Numbered from the stretch's first letter, positions 1 through 7,998 are shown. The stretch is DNA of 7,998 nt from Octopus sinensis (GCF_006345805.1 NW_021828593.1:1-7998), one strand, 5' to 3'. Notes: generated from the sequence alone by a model not told the origin. Translations and numbers: made by a program.

Positions 1-90
1 TCGGAAACTGTCGTTTCGGAAGAAAACTACCCTCATAGACGATGAGTAAAAACACACCATTTGGGTTATGAGTTACATCATCTCATCAGG

Positions 91-137
91 TCGTAGGATG
101 CACGTGTTTCTGCATCGTTACGTTTCATCAGCTACGA
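91..137 (-). ncRNA. Putative degenerate type I hammerhead ribozyme motif
   Basis: Minus strand reads UCGUAG-CUGAUGA-AACGUAACGAUGCA-GAAAC-ACGUGC-AUC-CUACGA: both core boxes are exact, with a 6-bp stem I (91-96/132-137) and an NUH triplet. Stems II and III pair poorly. Confidence 0.4.
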
Positions 138-574
138 ATACTGAATCAGTCGTTCACACCCCTGTAAGGGCAGTTGTTCTTTGCATCTAAGAACAGCAGA
201 TCGTACGTTTTGTCAGGCGCACAAAAGTTCGGTCAAGCTGGAATTAATTAACTGGAGGCGCACGAAGCTGCATTGAATGGAATATGTATGTATATTCATA
301 TATAACACGTTCGTGTAGGTTGATTGGAAGAATACAGCGACGAACTAAATACATTGTAGTATTATTTGCGTTCCTTTCGATGAATTCAATTTCATGTCCT
401 GCTAGAGCTCATCTGTTTTTCAATCTTTCATATAATTTTTCCAGAGAGTCTTCTGTTGTGTAAGACGAGTGGTAAAAGTTATGTACCATTTGCTCATTAC
501 TTTGCTTCATTCAATTAGAGACAGTGCATGCTATTAGATTTTGACACCCTCCAACCTTATCGATCCCTTCATTA

Positions 575-592
575 GTGGGTAATAAAGAAATA
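575..592 (+). repeat. 3' tail remnant of SINE family A, followed by a short TATC tract
   Basis: gtgggtaataaagaaata is the exact reverse complement of tatttctttattacccac in the SINE-A copies at 2140-2157 and near 5107. Confidence 0.5.
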
Positions 593-701
593 TATCTATC
601 TATCTACCTATTTAGTTGTCAGTTTGAATATTTCTTTTTGTTTTTGTATATGTGTGTCTCTTTATCTGTTAGCTGGTATTCATTTAACGTAAAAATGAAG
701 C

Positions 702-775
702 ACCACCCGGTCAAGGAATCGAACCTACGACCTTACAGTCTTCAACCGAATACCCTTGATCAGCTTCATGCGCCT
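702..775 (-). mobile_element. Decayed tRNA-derived SINE head
   Basis: Minus strand aggcgcatg...ggtcgtaGGTTCGATTCCttgaccggg has a canonical Pol III B box (plus 715-725). The A box and cloverleaf are degenerate. Confidence 0.5.
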
Positions 776-930
776 GTAACAAGTAATGGAATGAATATTA
801 CACCGAACTGTGTTATATCACATGTTCAACAGTATCACAATGAGGAATCATACCAGAATTACATCCCGGATTAGTTATTTCAGACTTGACCCTCTTTACT
901 TATTAAGAACATCAGCCAAATTACACCCAG

Positions 931-985
931 CCATCTTTTTTAAAAAATGGAATGATACATTGGTTAATGCAGTTTCAGATACATT
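931..985 (+). repeat. Old interspersed repeat fragment (family C), homologous to 5808-5852
   Basis: ccatctt..aaaaa..acattggttaatgcagtttcagatacatt aligns with ccatcttaaaaa..acagtggataatgtacacttgatacatt. Confidence 0.35.
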
Positions 986-1184
986 GTCTAAAAAATCCCT
1001 AATATATAGGCGCAGGAGTGGCTGTGTGGTAAGTAGCTTGCTAAACAACCACATGGTTCCGGGTTCAGTCCCACTGCGTGGCATCTTGGGCAAGTGTCTT
1101 CTGCTATAGCCCCTGGCCGACCAATGCCTTGTGAGTGGATTTGGTAGACGGAAACTGAAAGAAGCCTGTCGTATATATGTATAT

Positions 1185-1408
1185 TCAACATGTGATCTCT
1201 TGAGCACCACCAGCTCAAATATTTTCTCCTCTGTCTTCCCTCCTTGGGATCTTTCCTTCTCCTTGTTTCCGACGAAGAGCTCCGCTCGAAACGTTAAACC
1301 CTCCTTCTTCCCTTCTTTCCTGAGCGTCCAATAATACTTTAATTGTTCCACGTCCTGCGTTGCTGTGTTTTTTTCTCTTTTTTTCTGTGTTTTCTTGTTT
1401 GGATTAAC
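1185..1408 (+). mobile_element. Short hammerhead-bearing non-autonomous element (Penelope-like/retrozyme-like) inserted in a TA tract
   Basis: TA-rich on both flanks, pyrimidine-rich arms, central hammerhead motif, and homology blocks shared with 6757-6937 (opposite orientation). Confidence 0.65.
1265..1299 (+). ncRNA. Minimal type I hammerhead ribozyme motif (U4C variant)
   Basis: GUUU-CCGACGA-A-GAGC-UCC-GCUC-GAAAC-GUU-AAAC. Stem I is 1265-1268/1296-1299, stem II is 1277-1280/1284-1287, a palindromic ACGU replaces stem III, and the predicted cut is between 1295 and 1296. Confidence 0.6.
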
Positions 1409-1650
1409 TATATATATATATGTATGCGTGTGTGTTTGTGTGTCTGTGTTTGTCCCCCTAGCATTGCTTGACAACCGATGCTGGTGTGTTTACGTCCCCG
1501 TAACTTAGCGGTTCGGCAAAAGAGACTGATAGAATAAGTACTGGGCTTACAAAGAATAAGTCCCGGGGTCGATTTGCTCGACTAAAGGCGGTGCTCCAGC
1601 ATGGCCGCAGTCAAATGACTGAAACAAGTAAAAGAGTAAAGAGTAATATA

Positions 1651-1723
1651 AAAAGATGGGATAGTCGACACTGGAACGCTTTTGACACAGCTGGATCACT
1701 ATTAACCTCGGGTTAAACGACAG
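1651..1723 (-). repeat. Old interspersed repeat fragment (family D), homologous to 4747-4920
   Basis: Minus tttaacccgaggttaatagtgatcc..tcaaaagcgttccagtgtcgactatcccatctttt aligns with tttaacttcggggtcaaccttgatcc..tcaaaggcgctcctgcaatgaccttcttgcttttt. Confidence 0.4.
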
Positions 1724-1746
1724 ATCAAGGAGCAGAGTATCTAGGT

Positions 1747-1947
1747 CAGTGGTTTTCAACCAGGGTTCCGCCAGCACAGTCCAGGGGTTCCGCAAGAAGT
1801 TACAAAACTGCTAAAATCGGCAGCAATTTTTAATTCTCCTGTGCAGATATGTGTGCATAAGACTATTAAATTATTGCACAAGGGTTCCTCGAGCCAGTGG
1901 AATGTTTCCTTGGGGTTCCGCTCCAGCAAAAAGTTTGAAAAGCACTG
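1747..1947. mobile_element. hAT-superfamily (Charlie/Buster-like) MITE, 201 bp
   Basis: TIRs CAGTGGTTTTCAACC and CAGTGCTTTTCAAAC match at 13/15. Perfect 8-bp TSD ATCTAGGT at 1739-1746 and 1948-1955. Four internal GGGTTCC motifs. Confidence 0.92.
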
Positions 1948-2132
1948 ATCTAGGTGTCGATCGATTTAACAGAAATAGCAAATAAGTTTACCTTCAAGTT
2001 ACACTCTGCAATCTTTAGAAAGTGAAAGTAGAAATTTGGGTTAGAAAGTATTGTACATAACCCTAAAAAACCGGCTGGAATACCAGCATCAACAACCTGG
2101 CTTATTCATACATTTGTACCATATGAGAATCT

Positions 2133-2742
2133 AAATACCTATTTCTTTATTACCCACAAGGGGCTAAACGCAGAGGGACAAACAAGGACAGACATAGGTA
2201 TTAAGTCGATTAAATCGACCCCAGTGTGTAACTGGTACTTAATTTATTTATCGACCTCGAAAGGATGAAAGGCAAAGTCGACCTCGGCGGAATTTGAACT
2301 CACAACGTAACGCAGACGAAATACCTATTTCTTTATTACCCACAAGGGGCTAAACACAGAGGGGACAAACAAGGACAGACATAGGTATTAAGTCGATTAA
2401 ATCGACCCCAGTGCGTAACTGGTACTTAATTTATCGACCTCGAAAGGATGAAAGCAAAGTCGACCTCGGCGGAATTTGAACTCACAACGTAACGCAGACG
2501 AAATACCTATTTCTATTTCTTTACTACCACCAAGGGCTAAACACAGAGGGGACAAACAAGCCAAACAAACGGATTAAGCTGATTACATCGACCTCAGTGC
2601 GAACTGGTACTTAATTTATCGACCTCGAAAGGATGAAAGGCAAAGTCGACCTCGGCGGAATTTGAACTCACAACGTAACGGCAGACGAAATACCGCTAAG
2701 CATTTCGCCCGGCGTGCTAACGTTTCTGCCAGCTCGCCGCCT
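2133..2742 (-). mobile_element. Head-to-tail trimer of tRNA-derived SINE family A
   Basis: Three units with periods 186, 182 and 187 bp. Each has a B box (gagttcaaattcc on minus); only the rightmost has the 5' head and A box (plus 2721-2731). Confidence 0.9.
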
Positions 2743-3127
2743 TAAATTAACATAATATATGAGAATTTAAATACCATCTACCTATCTAGTGGACTACCGC
2801 CAAGATTCAGTAACACAATTTTTATGCGAACGATCGCATCAAGAGATCGGCAATATAATCCCTGAAACAACAACATTGTGTACAACGTAGAAGTTACAAT
2901 ATGGACGCTACAACAATAGTTACAACCAATAACAAAAAAAATAGACAATTATGTTAATTTAGATTTAAGGTTTTGTTATATATACAGTTTGTAACATTCA
3001 CCAGAAGTGACAAGTTATAACAGATGGGTGTATAGACAGACGGTTAGATAGATGAACAGATAGCAGACAGATAAACAGACACGCATATATACAGAGACAA
3101 AAAAAGAGAGAGATTCGAACAGACAGC

Positions 3128-3744
<617 letters not shown>

Positions 3745-4015
3745 CCAGTTTGGAGCGTGATTAAAACTGGTTGATGTTTACTGCTCAATTGATGCAGTTC
3801 CCTTGATATGATTGCAATCAGCAATCTATTTTCAAGTCTAAGCTTGTGTGAGGCACTTGGAGTTAAGGGAACAAAGTGGATGAAGATTACTCAGAAGTAA
3901 CACCACAGCATATTACAATGGGAGAAGACGGGGAAGAGAAAGTAAATAGTGGGGAAGATAGAGACAGGAAGCTTTCAATGCCATGACCATTAGCAGGTCA
4001 TCAGAATAATTGACT

Positions 4016-4110
4016 AAGGGGCGTGTTCGCTATCAGTTCAGATACCGGGTCAGGGCACCCGCACGTCATCGCGAATTACTTCAGTCTCTTAACACACTCG
4101 TATGCGCGCA
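4016..4110. promoter_or_regulatory. Short CpG-rich patch with promoter-like motifs (tentative)
   Basis: 10 CpG in about 90 nt, GGGGCGTG (Sp/KLF-like), CACGTCA (CRE/ATF half-site) and TCAGTT/TCAGTC (Inr-like). No linked exon seen. Confidence 0.25.
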
Positions 4111-4310
4111 CAGATACAAACACAAAAATACGTTTTTTAAAATCCTGAAGAGAGCTGCAGTCATTTCTAGTTCACTCCACTCAACTCATCGCTTCGGTGA
4201 TTCCTGCTCCTTGCTCGTCACTGAAACTAATTATAGAAATAATTAGAGCTCGATAGAAATTGCTGTCAAAATCAAACAAAAAATATCCATATATATAATT
4301 TTAATACACG

Positions 4311-4323
4311 TATATATTATATA

Positions 4324-4354
<31 letters not shown>

Positions 4355-4407
4355 ACAAAACTTACTTGGAGGAGATGAAACGAACGACACGAATCGATAT
4401 ATATATA

Positions 4408-4439
<32 letters not shown>

Positions 4440-4442
4440 TAT
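4311..4442. repeat. Two (TA)n tracts separated by a ~42-bp unique island
   Basis: Directly visible. Confidence 0.9.
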
Positions 4443-4746
4443 ACAGTATAATGAAATATGAATAAGCAAATGTGTATCGTGTATCACACAGTCAATAAAT
4501 CTTTAGTCCAAATAGATGTTCACTGCTATATATTCATTTGTAGAAATACTAGAACGACAGATTTTGAATCTCACTCGCGGCAATTTTCTCTTTCATCTCC
4601 CTGGGGCAATAAAATTAACGCCAATAGTTTTACTAATGTCCATTCAATCCTGACTTCTCCTCCCTTGCCAAAATTTGACTTTGTAATTTATTCAGAAAAA
4701 TCAATATTGCTTCATGCTAAGCATATTGTTGTTGCTATTATTGTTA

Positions 4747-4920
4747 TTTAACTTCGGGGTCAACCTTGATCCTTTATTACAATTCTATTCACATCTTGCA
4801 TGCCTTATGAGAATATATTTGCATTTTACGTGTGTCTTCTGTCCAATATTCGACTTGACACTCTATGGAGGAGTACACTTGAGATCAAAGGCGCTCCTGC
4901 AATGACCTTCTTGCTTTTTT
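4747..4920 (+). repeat. Family D repeat fragment split by about 110 bp of other sequence
   Basis: 4747-4772 and 4884-4920 match the two consecutive halves of 1651-1723 (minus). Confidence 0.35.
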
Positions 4921-5044
4921 CGTTCTCTTTTTTGTTTCAGTATTCATAATGTTGGACAACTTGCTTAATGTCTCTTTTTTTAAGAGGATGGGTAAGACTG
5001 ATGGAATAAATATCGAGGAAGACTCCATGATTCAAAAAATGCGC

Positions 5045-5101
5045 GGCGGTGCCCCAGCATGACCGCAGCTTTAGGGCTGAAATATAAAAGAATAAAAGAA
5101 T
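5045..5101 (+). mobile_element. 3' end of a SINE-B-related element
   Basis: ggcggtgccccagcatgaccgcag...ctgaaa..(taaaagaa)n matches the SINE-B tail at about 1587-1643. Confidence 0.6.
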
Positions 5102-5330
5102 ATACCTATTTCTTTATTACCCACAAGGGCTAAACACAGAGGGGACAAACAAGGACAGACATAGGTATTAAGTCGATTACATCGACCCCAGTGCGTAACT
5201 GGTACTTAATTTATCGACCCCGAAAGGATGAAAGGCAAAGTCGACCTCGGCGGAATTTGAACTCACAACGTAACGCAGACGAAATACCGCTAAGCATTTC
5301 GCCCGGCGTGCTAACGTTTCTGCCAGCTCG
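5102..5330 (-). mobile_element. Solo SINE family A copy, slightly 5'-truncated, with 15-bp TSD
   Basis: Near-identical to the trimer units. TSD ATAAAAGAATATACC at 5092-5106 and 5332-5346. Confidence 0.9.
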
Positions 5331-5474
5331 TATAAAAGAATATACCCTCACAGTAAAGTTCTGGTTTTAATGTTTTACATTCAAGAAGAGCCCTCTACAG
5401 ATACCCAGGAGTAATGTAGTGGTGTTAAACCGAGCGTATAATAAAGACAACCACCTCAAAATAGGTAGTCTAAT

Positions 5475-5498
5475 AGGCTTCCACACAGTTTCTATCTA
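5475..5498 (-). repeat. SINE-B-like internal fragment
   Basis: Minus tagatagaaactgtgtggaagcct resembles tagacggaaactgaaagaagcct (1145-1167). Confidence 0.35.
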
Positions 5499-5807
5499 AT
5501 TTCTCCCTCAAAAATCCGAAGCGATGAATGCCCAAATTACAGATAAATGTGATCGATCCCAGAACCATGAATTTTTAACTTCATGTCTATGTAGTAGGAT
5601 GTGATTTGAAGGCTATTTGACTGCTCTGTACATCAGATCGATCAATAGACAATACAGAAACTCATATTCATTTACTCTCTTACTCTAAAGTGCAAGTCGT
5701 TCAATATCAATAAGAGGGCAAATAGGATAGTTTCTACATCCAGTAAGGGAACTTGTAAATGGTCATCCAACTGCTAGAAATAGCAACTACACCGCCCTCA
5801 AATTCTA

Positions 5808-5852
5808 CCATCTTAAAAATAGCCACAGTGGATAATGTACACTTGATACATT
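5808..5852 (+). repeat. Family C repeat fragment
   Basis: Aligns with 931-985. Confidence 0.35.
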
Positions 5853-5994
5853 ATTCACAAAATTGAGACAATCATGACTGAAATACCTTTTAACATAGTT
5901 GTGACCCTGGAGCTAAATTTTAAAAAAACAACGACAGTAATAGACCGGAAGTTGTGAGTGACAGAAGTAAACTTCCGCACAACCAAGTTCGCGT

Positions 5995-6050
5995 GGGTGG
6001 GTGGGTGGATGGGTGGATGGATAGATGGATGGATGAATGGATGGATTGTT
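5995..6050. repeat. (GGGT)n/(GGAT)n microsatellite
   Basis: Directly visible. Confidence 0.85.
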
Positions 6051-6211
6051 GGTTGAATAAATAAAAATAAATTAATAATCACACAGTACAAGAGTAAGAT
6101 TTAGAGGCAAGAAGACAGACAAACAAATAAAATTTGAAATCGGATAACTAAAATATCTAACCGAAAAAATGTTGAAATATCAATGAAAGAATTGTACAGT
6201 AAGTCTAGAAG

Positions 6212-6242
6212 CTAACGTTTCGAGTTATACTCTTTATCAGAG
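6212..6242 (-). ncRNA. Degenerate minimal hammerhead motif (G8A)
   Basis: Minus CU-CUGAUAA-A-GAGU-AUA-ACUC-GAAAC-GUU-AG has the same layout as 1265-1299, with only 2 bp of stem I left. Confidence 0.5.
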
Positions 6243-6344
6243 AGAAAGAAAAAAAAACAATGATGCAAGAGAGAAAAATATAAAAACAAACGATACCGAA
6301 TTTACACCGTCTGTTTTTATACCAAGTCTAGCGTGAAATATCAT

Positions 6345-6576
6345 CATACATACATACATACTACATACATTACTGCATGCATGCTGCATACATACATACA
6401 TACATACATACATACATACATACATACATACATACATACATCATACATACATACATACACATGCATGCATGCATTCATACATAATACATACATACATACA
6501 TACATACATACATACATACATACATACATACATGCATGCATACATACATACATACATACATACATACATGCATACA

Positions 6577-6610
<34 letters not shown>

Positions 6611-6620
6611 CATACATACA
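6345..6620. repeat. (TACA)n microsatellite with TGCA variants
   Basis: Directly visible. Confidence 0.95.
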
Positions 6621-6685
6621 ACATATAATAGAGCCATAATTCTTTCAGGAATACTGATTTATTATCCTTCAGCGATATATATACA

Positions 6686-6719
6686 TGTGTGTATGTGTGT
6701 GTGTGTGTGTGTGTGGGTG

Positions 6720-6755
<36 letters not shown>

Positions 6756-6756
6756 A
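6686..6756. repeat. (GT)n/(GTAT)n microsatellite
   Basis: Directly visible. Confidence 0.95.
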
Positions 6757-6934
6757 GGGAGAATTCACACAAAAAAACAAAAGACGAAGACAAGTGGTGT
6801 ATAAAACAAACAAACAATTGTATTAATATAATGCTCGGGAATTGAAAAAGTCTTAACGCTTCGAGCCTACGGGTTTCCTCAGAAAGGAACATAGAAAGAA
6901 ACAAGGAGAGAAAAAAATGTTTGTAGTGGCTAGC

Positions 6935-6937
<3 letters not shown>
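6757..6937 (-). mobile_element. Short hammerhead-bearing element related to 1185-1408
   Basis: Flanked by GTAT/TA on the left and (TA)n on the right. Degenerate hammerhead UUU-CUGAGGA-AACCCGUAGGCUC-GAAGC-GUU-AAG at 6852-6885. Plus gtattaatataatgctcgggaa (6820-6841) aligns with the reverse complement of 1317-1337. Confidence 0.65.

Positions 6938-7000
<63 letters not shown>
6938..7000. repeat. (TA)n microsatellite
   Basis: Directly visible. Confidence 0.97.
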
Positions 7001-7001
<1 letters not shown>

Positions 7002-7039
7002 CAAGTTAAAAATAATGATCATTAATATTTTTTCCTTGA

Positions 7040-7998
7040 TTGGAACAAATTTAGCTTACAGCTGTTTCCAGTTGGCAAATAAATTAAGTTTTATCAAAGC
7101 AGTAAATAAGTTGGCAAATAAACAAGTATCATCTGATTGACCAATATAATGTTTTGCAATTAAATGTTGTCGGTGAATAAATAACACAGAAGATAGTAAA
7201 AATATTTGGAATTAGTCTTTTAAAGAGATTATAAATTCACGTTGATGACCAATCGTTGGAGGTGCTCCATTAGTTGCGCCTGCAATAATATTTTCCTGAT
7301 AATTTCTTTGGCGTTGAAAATATTTTCCTGCAGTCTTTAAAACTCGAATCCTTATATGAGTTCCTAATTGTTCAGGAAATGATATTCTCTTCATTTGTGT
7401 TGATGTAGCACACATTAGCAAATAGCAAAGCGTCGTTGTCACATGATACTGTAAATAGAATTTCATTATTTTTAAATCACCACAAGGACTGTTTTCCAAG
7501 TTATTTACCATTTCAACGATTCCGCCTGTGACTGAATCATTACTAAGTTTAACCCTTTCATTACCAACCCGGCTGAAACCGGCTCTGGCTCTGTTGTACA
7601 TATGTCTTGTTTTCATAAGTTTTGAATTAAAATCTTCTGCCAAACCTTAGTCATAATTTATGTTCCTAACACTAGCTTAATGATAACTAAGTTATTTTAC
7701 TAAATTCTTTGTTATATTTAAAATAATTGAAAGAAAAACAGAGCATCTCAAAAGAAATATGGTAACAAAAGGGTAATCAAAGAAATTATATCAGTAACGG
7801 TAGGCAACTTAGTGTTAAAATATTCATTCATAGAGAAGACTTTCACTAATACGATAGAGCTTCCTACCTACATTTAATAATGAACTTTTTATATGATGCG
7901 GTATATTCTTTCTCAGCTGTGGTTTCATATTTGAAAATGGCGTTTTGTAGTGTAGGACGGTTTCCAAATCTAATTTTGAAATATCTGGGTGCTTTGTT
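7040..7998 (-). pseudogene. Decayed hAT (Buster/Charlie, ZBED8/SCAND3-like) transposase fragment, continuing beyond the window
   Basis: Across frameshifts the minus strand gives RPTL (7948-7959), ASY, DIISLIKLSNDSV..IVEM, FYLQ (7449-7460), DNDALLFA (7417-7440), YF..ENIIAGATNGAP (ATNGAP at 7260-7277) and FTIFCVI/HRQHLIAK (HRQHL at 7161-7175). These are collinear with hAT motifs as I recall them: LSNDTV..RI.EM, FSLQLDES, ATDGAP, CxxH. Confidence 0.85.
7553..7773. mobile_element. piggyBac-type MITE, 221 bp
   Basis: TIRs CCCTTTCATTACC (7553-7565) and CCCTTTTGTTACC (reverse complement of 7761-7773). TTAA at 7549-7552 and a degenerate TAA at 7774-7776. Confidence 0.85.

Larger units (their letters stand above)
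1007..1643 (+). mobile_element. tRNA-derived SINE family B, interrupted at its internal TA/GT tract by a 224-bp insertion
   Basis: A-box-like tggctgtgtgg (1019-1029), B box ggttcagtccc (1062-1072), body resuming at about 1409, 3' stem-loops, short tandem tail (taaaagag), and candidate TSD taatata (1000-1006/1644-1650). Continuity of the two halves rests on my recall of the family. Confidence 0.85.

Noticed and set aside
1-89. Additional hammerhead using CUGAUGAG (82-89) and CGAAAC (13-18) on minus
   Set aside because: No stem I pairing and no convincing stem II over a ~60-nt gap; context is cut by the window edge.
48-216. Apparent 42-43 nt periodicity of CAG
   Set aside because: Units do not align beyond a few bases.
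435-465. 15-nt micro-exon (ttttttccAG...GTaaga)
   Set aside because: Splice-like motifs are frequent by chance; no transcript or neighbouring exon support.
702-775. Functional tRNA gene
   Set aside because: Only the B box is intact; no acceptor stem or cloverleaf.
575-1795. ORFs of 67-192 aa on both strands
   Set aside because: They run across SINE and nested-element boundaries and show no recognisable domain.
2133-2742. CRISPR-like array
   Set aside because: Units are 182-187 bp SINE copies with no unique spacers.
2770-2875. Possible minus-strand exon after ttgtttcAG
   Set aside because: Weak donor and no recognisable peptide.
4010-6091. Short ORFs at 4010, 4458, 4714 and 5855
   Set aside because: Under 100 aa, no homology recognised, partly repeat-derived.
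6237-6904. Five overlapping ORFs (HTYI/MYVC repeats)
   Set aside because: Artefacts of TACA and GT microsatellites.
7212-7643. 143-aa ORF as a functional gene
   Set aside because: Chimera of MITE sequence and frameshifted hAT transposase remnants.

Overview
AT-rich, repeat-dominated eukaryotic DNA. The repeat families look like those I recall from octopod cephalopod (Octopus) genomes; this is recall, not a database result. No intact protein-coding gene is supported. The window holds two tRNA-derived SINE families: one as a head-to-tail trimer plus a solo copy, the other split by a nested insertion. It also has a 201-bp hAT MITE with a perfect 8-bp TSD, large tetra- and dinucleotide microsatellites, and a decayed Buster/Charlie-type hAT transposase on the minus strand (about 7040 to the window end) interrupted by a piggyBac-type MITE. 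The most interesting signal is a set of hammerhead-ribozyme-like motifs (CUGANGA-stem II-GAAAC-GUH). Three share one minimal architecture and lie in or between microsatellites, two of them in short, mutually homologous elements. This resembles Penelope-like or retrozyme-type non-autonomous retroelements. Every copy has at least one departure from the catalytic consensus, so activity is unproven.
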